Of a DNA stretch of 50,245 nt, positions 14,399-21,609 are shown piece by piece. The notes under the pieces were generated by a model. It was not told the DNA's origin, did no database searches, and worked only from the letters and a program-made list of their open reading frames with translations. Each line of letters begins with the position of its first letter. Positions within the stretch are counted from its first letter, which is position 1. The stretch comes from an uncultured Micrococcales bacterium (GTDB lineage: Bacteria > Actinomycetota > Actinomycetes > S36-B12 > UBA10799). A program made the position numbers and the translations under genes. The DNA is taken from positions 1 through 50,245 of the forward strand of contig CALFYG010000327.1 of NCBI GenBank assembly GCA_937952095.1, written 5' to 3'.

Positions 14399-17300
14399 TG
14401 GCGAAGCTGCCCCGAGACGGCGATAGTGACGGCCGCATCTTCGACGGCACGAAACGGGAGATGCCCGCCCCGACGAAACTGGTCGAGGTGGCCGAGAAGG
14501 CCGCCCGGGTCGTGGACGATGTGGACGATGTGGACGATGTGGACGTTCCGTCGCGGGTCAACTCCGGTGACGCCGACCGGCCGCTGGTCGACCCCGATGT
14601 TGTGGCACCGGGCGGATCGATCGGTCCGACAATCCTGTCCGAGCCGTGGCCGACCGGTCCGCCCAGTCCGAACACGGGGTGGAGGCTGCCGTTGGACGAC
14701 GTGACCCTCCCGGGCGGTCGCCGCGTGAAGATCGTGTCCCACGGGGGCGACTCCCGGGACGGCTACTACTCGTCGTCCTATGTGGCGTTCGACGCTGACA
14801 GCGGGGGCAAGCTCGGCTACCTCGACTATCAGCTCGGCCACGGCGAACTGCACATCGGCATGGTGTCCACCAACGACGACGTTCGGGGCGAAGGCGTCGC
14901 CGACGCCCTTCTCGGCCGCACGCTCGCCGACGCCGACCCCGGTTCGACCGTGTTCAGCGGGTACAAGACGGACGAGGGTGCAGGTTGGTGGGACCACGTC
15001 GCCCCGATCCTCGCCGATCGTGGGTTCGAAGTTGGCGACCCCGGATTCGCCCTGGACGCCCCGGACGCCCCGGACGCCCCGGACGCCGGTGGTGAGCGGC
15101 TCGATCCCTTGTCGATCACCCGTTCAGGCAGCCCGGTCCGTTGGAAAGAGGGTGGATGGCAACCCGGCACCCCGACGCGTTGGGTGAAGGGCGACGCCTC
15201 CCAACGGACGATCGACGCCCGGATGCGGGCCGTGCGGGCGCTCATGGAGGACGAACTGCCCCAACTCAAGGGCAAGAAGTTCACGGTCGACACTTGGCTC
15301 AACTACGACGAGTTCCATGCTGACCACCCGTACGGCGGTGACGCTGCCGGGGTGGCCGGGTGGCGGCCCGAGCTGGGCGAGCACGGGTCGGTGTACGTCT
15401 CCCCGGAAGTGACCCGGGGCCTGGCTCGCAACGACCGGGAGGCCGTGCGGGACTGGCGGATCGTCATGCACGAACTGGTGCATGCGGCATCCCCGCAGAC
15501 CGTGTCGAACAGCGGGCCGGAACCGGTCATGGAAGAAGGGATGGCGGAGATCCTCTCGGCCGACATCGCTGCCCGCCGCTTGGACCTGGCTGGGTTCGCG
15601 AGCGACGGCCGCCACGGCGCCCCGAAGTGGACCGAGATGGAAGGGCTCGCTGTTGGCGCCAACTACAAGGACCGGGTGGCGGCGCTCATCATGAACGCCG
15701 GGCAACGCACCGGCTGGGACCGTGACGCCACCCGGGCCATGCTGCGCGACTGGTGGGACGGCGGCAGCTACAGCCCTTATTTCCGGCGGATCGAACGTCG
15801 CGACGACGGACTCGACCCGGACGCCTACACGGCGAAGCAACGCGACGAGATCAACGCCCGGTACGACGACCTGATCGCCCGGCTCCCCGAACACGCCGAC
15901 GAGTACGAGGCCGACCGGGCACGCGAACTGGCTGACGCGACGACCCCCGACGGCGACTGGCGCTGGCAGGCCAACCAGGAATGGGAGAAGGGTGTCGAGT
16001 CGGCCCGCTCCCACGGCGTGGACGTCGACCGGATCCCGTTCGACTACACCAACGAGCCGTACTGGGACCTCGCCGACTCCAGGGAAGTGGTCGCTGAACG
16101 CGACACGGTCGGAGCGTCCCTGCTCTACTGGCTGCTCGACGGGTCCGACGGGCGCACCGCCGAAACCGCCACCACGGTGGAGGCCCCGACGACCGAACAC
16201 CCGACCGGGGACCGTTTCGGGTCGCTCGCCGATGCCACAGGTGCGGGGAAGGTCACGGTCACTGACGCCGACGTGAAGCCCGGCATGGTGACCGTCGACA
16301 ACGGGGGCGACCCGTTGCTGCACATCCAGGCTCCGGGTGACAAGCCGGACACTTGGGTAGCGGTCGACGGTGCGGGCGGTGGCCGCACATACCGCCTGCC
16401 CGGATCGGTGGACGTGGCCGCCATGGCCCGGTCCGATGACCCGGGGGCAGCGTTGGCGGCCGATGCGGCGCTGCGGGGACCGTGGCGCAACCGTCGCCCC
16501 GTGTCGGCCCGGCGACGGTCACAAGCGTTCAACCTGCTGAACGAGGTGCAGGCTGCACCGATGGCCGACGAGCCACTGGTGGCGGCACCCGACCCGGACG
16601 TGTTCGACGGCTCCGACCTGAAGCCCGGCGACCGGTTCGACGTGCCGGTCATGTCGGCGGTCCCGGCCGATGGGGCGTGGCCGACCCGCACCGGGGGCGA
16701 CCACACGGCGGGACTCGCCGAAGGGTGGGCGAGGCTCGACCCGGAGACGCGTGGTCTGCTCGACTCCGGTGACGTCGAACAGATGGGCGCCCGCATGGCC
16801 CCGGAACCCCGGACGGTGCTCCGGTTCGACACGTCGCGGGCTCTGCCTGGCGAGGGTGGCAGTCACACCGTCACCGGCCGGTTCGTCGTGGACGGGGTCG
16901 AGGACGTCGAGGATCCCGACGGGCTCCCCTACTGGGACGGTGCCGGATTCCGGCAGTCCCCGGCCCGGGTGGTGCGGGCGCACTGGGTCGAGGACGTGGA
17001 CGCTCCTGACGGCCGCGGGCCGGTGGCGACCCCGCCGGGGTGGACACGGCAAGGTCCACCAGTGTTGGACGATTGGACGACGCGCGAACCGGTCGGCGGG
17101 TGGGCGAGCGAGGCGGACCGGATCCGGGCGGCGCAGACGTGGCCGACCGGGTCACAGGCGGTGACCTTCACTTTCGGGGACGGCGACGGGCGCGTCGACA
17201 TGGCGGTCCATGAGCCGTGGCAGATCGACCAGCAGAAGCTCGCACAGTTGGGTTCGACGGTGGCGACTCTCCAGCGGTCGTTCCAGCCGCCGGTGCCGTC

Positions 17301-20154
17301 GAGGATGAAGGCCCCGGTGCGGCCGGTGACGGTGGATGTGACGCCGTTCCCGGGTGGCGAACAGGCGGCGGCTGTCACTTGGCCGGACGACCGGCGCATG
17401 GTCTACGACTGGTCGGCGCTCAAGCCGGGTAGTCGTGCCGACGTGATGGAGCCACCGTGGACGGTGCGGAACGCGACCCGGGTGGACGACGTCGACTACA
17501 TCGCGACCCATGAGTGGGGGCACCTGGTCGACCCGGAGGGCAAGTGGTCGACGAAGGCGTCGCTCCGTAAGCCCGTGTCGGGTTATGCCCGGTCGGCGAT
17601 GGATTCGTACCGTGCCCGGGGCGTGAAGCGTCGCCGGATCCTCGGGGCGGAGAACTGGGCGGAGATGTTCGCCGATTGGGCGATCAACCCGGACACGGCG
17701 GATCCCGAATCACAGGAGGTGGTGGGCCTGGCCGGGTTCCCGGTGCCGGTGCCGCCGATCGCCGACCTGCCGCCGGGTGGGGGTCTGCCCGGTGGGGCCG
17801 GGGCGGTGGTGGCTGCTGTGGCGGCCGGTCCGTCGTGGCCGGGTGACATCGTGGTGGACCGGTTTGACGGCCGCCCGGTGGATGAGCGTCTGGTGCGGGA
17901 CGCTTACCTGATCCTGGGTTTGACTCCACCCTCTGCTAACATGCCAGCGTCAACCGACGACGAAGGAGCCGACAGTGGCCGACGAACCGACCGACCCGCA
18001 GGGCCGGACCCCGCTCGGCGTGGTCAAGACGACCAAGCCGTGGAAGGACATGACCGACGAAGAGATCGACGCCCTGTCGAAGAAGCTGTTCGAACAGATG
18101 AAGTCGAAGCTCCCGCCCGCCGGGCAGGAGTGACGATCGCCGGGGAAGAACCGACCGGGGCCATGGTGGCCCTGGTCCCGGCGCGCCCCCAGGCCCTCAC
18201 CGTGGACGGCGGCGAGGAACTGGGGGCGCTGCACCTCACCCTCAAGTTCCTGGGCGATGCGGCCGACTGGCCTGCCGACCAGCGGGCGGTCGTGGAACGC
18301 ACCGTTGCCGACTGGGCGGCGCAGACACCCCGGTTCACCGGCACGGTCGGCGGCGCCGGACGTCTCGGCACCGACGGGGCGATGGTCTGGCATCTCGACG
18401 TACCGGGACTCGCCCGCTCCCGTGAGGCCCTGTCGGCGTGGATAGATGACCGCACCGATGCCGACACGTCGGACCGGTGGGACGGGTTCACCCCGCACGT
18501 CACGTTCGCCTACGACGACGTCGACCTGCCCGACTTGCCGGACGGTGACGTGCCGTTCTTCGACGCCGTCGTGTGTTGGGGACCGGACCGGACTGTCGTC
18601 CCCCTGTCCGGCACGCTGGGACGCTCTGCGGCCGTTCTGGCCCGCGACGGCGACGGCGACGGGTTCATCTATGACGGCACGAAGCGCGAGATGCTGGCAC
18701 CGACCCGGATGCTCGACATCGACATCGACATGGAACTGGAAGCCGACGCCATCGGCGAACGGCGCAACGCTCCGATCGGACGTGTGCAGCCGGTGACCAG
18801 GGGATCTGACGTCGCACCGAAACCGGCGGTCGACGCCGACTTCGGGGCCATGCGCGACGACGCCCCGGCGACCAAGAGCGGCAAGAAGGCCGCCAGGCCG
18901 GGCGGCAAGGCTCTGATCGCTGCGACGCTCGGTGACAGGATCGGGGCGAAGAACGGGACGGTGGCAGGCGTCCGCCACATTGAAACGGCCGAAGAAGCTG
19001 TCCGTCAGTTCGTCGGCAATCTGGAGGTCGTCTATCAGGCTGCGAAGAAACGCAAGGGGTTCATCGCCGGGGCCAGACAGTGGTACGACCGGGCGCACGA
19101 CCGGGCCGTCGCCCTGGCCGACAAGCTGGACATGCACCCCGACGGCGGGGCCGCTGTGCTTGCCGCCCTGTCACCAAACATGGACTGGAACTACAACCTC
19201 GCTCAAGCCGACGCCCTCGCCGAGTTCTGGTCGACGGACCCGGTCGTGGACGACGAAGTGCGAAAGCTGGCAAAGCGGCTCGTCAGTGACCTGCGGTTCA
19301 AGGACTACAAGCACCGCCTACCGGGCGACCCGATGAAGCCCGAGTCGAAGTGGATCACGCTGGTCGACGTTCCCGAGGGGACGCGCCTGCGGTCGGGGAT
19401 CACCGACCCACAAACCAGGGCCATCTACGCCCGGGTGTGGGCCACATTGCACACCGAGGGTGGAGCATTCTCACCGGAGCTGCGGGTCGACAGTAACGGC
19501 CAGATGGTGCCCACCGGCGCCGTCCCGCGGACCCGGTGGCAGTCGGCGGACAACATCGCCAAGGCGCTCGCCATCATGGACGACCCGTCCCGGGCCAACG
19601 TCGACCGTCAGCTCGGCGACGGACTCAAGGTCCGATCCTTCTACAACAACATCGCTTACCCCGACAACAACATGTGGCCGGGCGGGGACGTCACCGTTGA
19701 CACTCACGCCGCATCGACATTGTTCGGGGCGCCGTATGGCAACCAGGCGGAGCCGTTCCACACGATCGTTGGTAAGTCAACAGTCGAGGACGGCGAATAC
19801 ATCAAGGTGGCGATGGTCGAAGCGTTCCGCCGGTTTACTGCCAAGCACGCCGACGACTTCGACACGCCCCGGGAAGCGCAGTCGGCCCTGTGGGAGATTT
19901 GGCGGAGTGCCGCCTACTCCAACGCCGGGAACAACGAGGCGCTCAAGCAGGGCTTGCGTGACGCCTGGGCGGCCGTGGACGAACCAGGGATCTCCGACGC
20001 TGTCCGGCGACGTCGGCGTCGCAAGGCGCGCCAGCTCATGGGCGAGTGGTTGTCTCAACCGTTGCCGTGGATCGACTACGACCCCACCAAGGTCGACGCC
20101 GACGGCAATCCTGTACCGCCGGTCGAGGAGGTGGCCGATGTCCCCGCAGTCTGA
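14398..20154 (+). CDS. Giant polyvalent-type protein as the ORF stands (1918 aa): GNAT-like, two HExxH zincin domains, 2H phosphoesterase and a C-terminal alpha-helical domain. Probably two or three genes (see findings)
   Basis: ATG 14398 overlaps the portal-MuF stop. GNAT motif A-like MVSTNDDVRGEGVADALLG (~14680-15040). HELVH at 15469-15483. HEWGH at 17509-17523 followed by ENWAEMFADW. 2H motifs HLTL 18232-18243 and HVTF 18495-18506. No in-frame stop until 20152, but the frame loses GC3 bias between ~17930 and 18130. Confidence 0.5.
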   Translation: MAKLPRDGDSDGRIFDGTKREMPAPTKLVEVAEKAARVVDDVDDVDDVDVPSRVNSGDADRPLVDPDVVAPGGSIGPTILSEPWPTGPPSPNTGWRLPLDDVTLPGGRRVKIVSHGGDSRDGYYSSSYVAFDADSGGKLGYLDYQLGHGELHIGMVSTNDDVRGEGVADALLGRTLADADPGSTVFSGYKTDEGAGWWDHVAPILADRGFEVGDPGFALDAPDAPDAPDAGGERLDPLSITRSGSPVRWKEGGWQPGTPTRWVKGDASQRTIDARMRAVRALMEDELPQLKGKKFTVDTWLNYDEFHADHPYGGDAAGVAGWRPELGEHGSVYVSPEVTRGLARNDREAVRDWRIVMHELVHAASPQTVSNSGPEPVMEEGMAEILSADIAARRLDLAGFASDGRHGAPKWTEMEGLAVGANYKDRVAALIMNAGQRTGWDRDATRAMLRDWWDGGSYSPYFRRIERRDDGLDPDAYTAKQRDEINARYDDLIARLPEHADEYEADRARELADATTPDGDWRWQANQEWEKGVESARSHGVDVDRIPFDYTNEPYWDLADSREVVAERDTVGASLLYWLLDGSDGRTAETATTVEAPTTEHPTGDRFGSLADATGAGKVTVTDADVKPGMVTVDNGGDPLLHIQAPGDKPDTWVAVDGAGGGRTYRLPGSVDVAAMARSDDPGAALAADAALRGPWRNRRPVSARRRSQAFNLLNEVQAAPMADEPLVAAPDPDVFDGSDLKPGDRFDVPVMSAVPADGAWPTRTGGDHTAGLAEGWARLDPETRGLLDSGDVEQMGARMAPEPRTVLRFDTSRALPGEGGSHTVTGRFVVDGVEDVEDPDGLPYWDGAGFRQSPARVVRAHWVEDVDAPDGRGPVATPPGWTRQGPPVLDDWTTREPVGGWASEADRIRAAQTWPTGSQAVTFTFGDGDGRVDMAVHEPWQIDQQKLAQLGSTVATLQRSFQPPVPSRMKAPVRPVTVDVTPFPGGEQAAAVTWPDDRRMVYDWSALKPGSRADVMEPPWTVRNATRVDDVDYIATHEWGHLVDPEGKWSTKASLRKPVSGYARSAMDSYRARGVKRRRILGAENWAEMFADWAINPDTADPESQEVVGLAGFPVPVPPIADLPPGGGLPGGAGAVVAAVAAGPSWPGDIVVDRFDGRPVDERLVRDAYLILGLTPPSANMPASTDDEGADSGRRTDRPAGPDPARRGQDDQAVEGHDRRRDRRPVEEAVRTDEVEAPARRAGVTIAGEEPTGAMVALVPARPQALTVDGGEELGALHLTLKFLGDAADWPADQRAVVERTVADWAAQTPRFTGTVGGAGRLGTDGAMVWHLDVPGLARSREALSAWIDDRTDADTSDRWDGFTPHVTFAYDDVDLPDLPDGDVPFFDAVVCWGPDRTVVPLSGTLGRSAAVLARDGDGDGFIYDGTKREMLAPTRMLDIDIDMELEADAIGERRNAPIGRVQPVTRGSDVAPKPAVDADFGAMRDDAPATKSGKKAARPGGKALIAATLGDRIGAKNGTVAGVRHIETAEEAVRQFVGNLEVVYQAAKKRKGFIAGARQWYDRAHDRAVALADKLDMHPDGGAAVLAALSPNMDWNYNLAQADALAEFWSTDPVVDDEVRKLAKRLVSDLRFKDYKHRLPGDPMKPESKWITLVDVPEGTRLRSGITDPQTRAIYARVWATLHTEGGAFSPELRVDSNGQMVPTGAVPRTRWQSADNIAKALAIMDDPSRANVDRQLGDGLKVRSFYNNIAYPDNNMWPGGDVTVDTHAASTLFGAPYGNQAEPFHTIVGKSTVEDGEYIKVAMVEAFRRFTAKHADDFDTPREAQSALWEIWRSAAYSNAGNNEALKQGLRDAWAAVDEPGISDAVRRRRRRKARQLMGEWLSQPLPWIDYDPTKVDADGNPVPPVEEVADVPAV
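14512..14547 (+). repeat. In-frame 9-bp tandem repeat (GTGGACGAT x3 plus a variant) encoding VDDVDDVDDVDV
   Basis: Direct reading of the sequence. A shorter copy (GTGGACGATGTGGACGATGAA) occurs near 38566 in the 36183 gene. Confidence 0.9.
15055..15087 (+). repeat. In-frame 9-bp tandem repeat (GACGCCCCG x3) encoding DAPDAPDAPDA
   Basis: Direct reading of the sequence. It acts as a linker after the GNAT-like segment. Confidence 0.9.
17975..18133 (+). CDS. Embedded 52-aa ORF in a different frame from the giant ORF
   Basis: AAGGAG (17963-17968), 6 nt, then GTG 17975. Translation VADEPTDPQGRTPLGVVKTTKPWKDMTDEEIDALSKKLFEQMKSKLPPAGQE. By my count about 49 of its 52 third positions are G/C, against 22 of 53 for the giant-ORF frame over the same nucleotides. 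Stop TGA overlaps GTG 18130 (GTGA). Confidence 0.5.
   Translation: MADEPTDPQGRTPLGVVKTTKPWKDMTDEEIDALSKKLFEQMKSKLPPAGQE
18130..20154 (+). CDS. 2H phosphoesterase (LigT/CPDase-like) plus C-terminal large alpha-helical domain protein, if independently initiated
   Basis: GTG 18130 is coupled to the stop of the embedded ORF. The product starts VTIAGEEPTGAMVALVP, like stand-alone 2H proteins. HxTx motifs HLTLKFLG and HVTFAY. A DGDGDGFIYDGTKRE motif follows, then a ~450-aa domain (..WYDRAHDRA..LSPNMDWNYN..KVRSFYNNI..DTHA..). Confidence 0.5.
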   Translation: MTIAGEEPTGAMVALVPARPQALTVDGGEELGALHLTLKFLGDAADWPADQRAVVERTVADWAAQTPRFTGTVGGAGRLGTDGAMVWHLDVPGLARSREALSAWIDDRTDADTSDRWDGFTPHVTFAYDDVDLPDLPDGDVPFFDAVVCWGPDRTVVPLSGTLGRSAAVLARDGDGDGFIYDGTKREMLAPTRMLDIDIDMELEADAIGERRNAPIGRVQPVTRGSDVAPKPAVDADFGAMRDDAPATKSGKKAARPGGKALIAATLGDRIGAKNGTVAGVRHIETAEEAVRQFVGNLEVVYQAAKKRKGFIAGARQWYDRAHDRAVALADKLDMHPDGGAAVLAALSPNMDWNYNLAQADALAEFWSTDPVVDDEVRKLAKRLVSDLRFKDYKHRLPGDPMKPESKWITLVDVPEGTRLRSGITDPQTRAIYARVWATLHTEGGAFSPELRVDSNGQMVPTGAVPRTRWQSADNIAKALAIMDDPSRANVDRQLGDGLKVRSFYNNIAYPDNNMWPGGDVTVDTHAASTLFGAPYGNQAEPFHTIVGKSTVEDGEYIKVAMVEAFRRFTAKHADDFDTPREAQSALWEIWRSAAYSNAGNNEALKQGLRDAWAAVDEPGISDAVRRRRRRKARQLMGEWLSQPLPWIDYDPTKVDADGNPVPPVEEVADVPAV

Positions 20155-20344
20155 CCGTCACGACCCGATTGGCCGACTTCCGGTCGTCGTCGGCCACGAC
20201 GACACGAACGACGCCGACGAGGCCCGTGAGATCGAGGAGCAGAACGCGTTCAACGATGAGCTGGAGGCGTTCGCTCGGACCCTGTATCCCGACGGCATCC
20301 TCCCGCGGGAACGGAAGCGGATGGAGGCCGAACAGGCCGAGTAG
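20138..20344 (+). CDS. Hypothetical acidic small protein, 68 aa
   Basis: ATG 20138 after GAGGAGGTGG. It is the internal start of the alternative-frame ORF 19460..20344. Overlaps the end of the giant ORF by 17 nt. Confidence 0.45.
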   Translation: MSPQSDRHDPIGRLPVVVGHDDTNDADEAREIEEQNAFNDELEAFARTLYPDGILPRERKRMEAEQAE

Positions 20345-20378
20345 GACCACCGTCGGGACGGCACGCCCGGCGTCCAGA

Positions 20379-21602
20379 ATGGGGCGCATGGCCGCCCCTG
20401 ATCCTGCCGCCCCGTTCCCGGCCCCGTGGAACCCGCCCCGGTCGTGGTTCTCGGAGATCCCCGACTGGTTCGACCCGGACGGCGGGCTCATCCAGTTCGA
20501 CTGGGAGACGGGCCGGGTGGCTGCGATGGTCGCCCCGTACGGCGACTGCATCCTTGACGGGTCGAAGCAGTGCTGGAGTCCGCCCGTCTCGCAGACAGGC
20601 TACGAGTACGCCCACGTCGGGACGTGTGTTCTGGAGGACGGCGAGACGATCCGGGTGGCGACGATCGGCGGAGGCGTCCCGCATGCCAGCCTGCGGGCGG
20701 CCATGTCGGTCGCCCAGGACCACTACGCCAACACGGCGACCCGCAAGCTGGTCGGGCGGTACGTCGACTCGCCCGAAGCGGGCGGGATCGTGTTCCTCGG
20801 TTCGGCGCAACCCGGACTCACCTACGCCGACGTGTACGACACCCTGTCGTCGGCCGTGTCCGGCGACTGGCGGTGGATCCCGGCGCTCGGCGGCTACGAG
20901 ATGGTCGGCGCCCAGTTGGTCAACAGCCCCGGGTTTCGTCCCGTGCCCGGCGGCAAGCGTGTGCGGGCGGCTGCGATCAACTTTCTGTCGGGCGGTCCGA
21001 AAGTGGCTGCTGCCAAGTGTGGCGGCGGCGAGCAGGTGTACGGGGAGTGGGTGCCGATCGAACTGGAGTCGACTCCGGGGCTCGGTGACCGGGTCGCCCG
21101 TCTGGCGGCGGCTACTGCCGCCCTGGAGTTGGCGGCGGTGGTGGACGAGGAGATGCCACCGGCTCGCACGGCGGGTCTGTTCCGCCGCAAGCATCCCCTG
21201 TCGCCCGCTGAACTGGCGCAGCGGAAGAAGGCGGCGCTGATCTCGGCGATGAAGCGGCGAGGCAACCGGCGTCTCGGCCGGTACGCCCCGGACGGTACCG
21301 GCCCTAAGCGGCGAACAGCCTTGGATGATTCGCCGGTGTTGGACGCCGCCAAGCGGTCGCGGTCCAGCAACCTGAGGGGGCTGTCCAAGGATCAGGCTCG
21401 TCGGATCCGCGAGGTGAACCGGCGCAACCTGGCTCGCGAGCGGGCCGAGCGGACCGACATGGAGGTTGGGCTGTTCGAAGCGCGGGGCGACGTGGATGCG
21501 GAGATCAACGAGCGGCGCATCGCCAAGTACCGGCGCACTCATCCCCGCAAGGAATACCCTCGCCGTGTCGCATCGGCCGCAACGATCACCAAGAGGTTCT
21601 GA
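20379..21602 (+). CDS. Putative capsid maturation (prohead) protease with a long basic C-terminal extension
   Basis: Internal ATG (20379 or 20388) of ORF 20046..21602. WFSEIPDWFDP..GRVAAMVAPYGDCILDGSKQCWSPP..YEYAHVG..SGDWRWIP..AQLVNSPGFRP resembles actinophage capsid maturation proteases as I recall them. Placement between portal and capsid genes fits. Confidence 0.5.
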   Translation: MGRMAAPDPAAPFPAPWNPPRSWFSEIPDWFDPDGGLIQFDWETGRVAAMVAPYGDCILDGSKQCWSPPVSQTGYEYAHVGTCVLEDGETIRVATIGGGVPHASLRAAMSVAQDHYANTATRKLVGRYVDSPEAGGIVFLGSAQPGLTYADVYDTLSSAVSGDWRWIPALGGYEMVGAQLVNSPGFRPVPGGKRVRAAAINFLSGGPKVAAAKCGGGEQVYGEWVPIELESTPGLGDRVARLAAATAALELAAVVDEEMPPARTAGLFRRKHPLSPAELAQRKKAALISAMKRRGNRRLGRYAPDGTGPKRRTALDDSPVLDAAKRSRSSNLRGLSKDQARRIREVNRRNLARERAERTDMEVGLFEARGDVDAEINERRIAKYRRTHPRKEYPRRVASAATITKRF

Positions 21603-21609
21603 CACCACC

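Noticed and set aside
14512-15087. Tandem repeats considered as a possible CRISPR array or other repeat-spacer structure.
   Set aside because: The units are only 9 bp, directly abutting with no spacers, in frame within a coding region, and encode acidic linkers (VDD, DAP).
17899-17940. J-domain-like start (RDAYLILGLTPPSA resembles the D-Y-Y-x-I-L-G-V opening of DnaJ domains).
   Set aside because: No HPD tripeptide or following helices occur in any frame. The match is a short chance similarity, located where the frame appears to break down.
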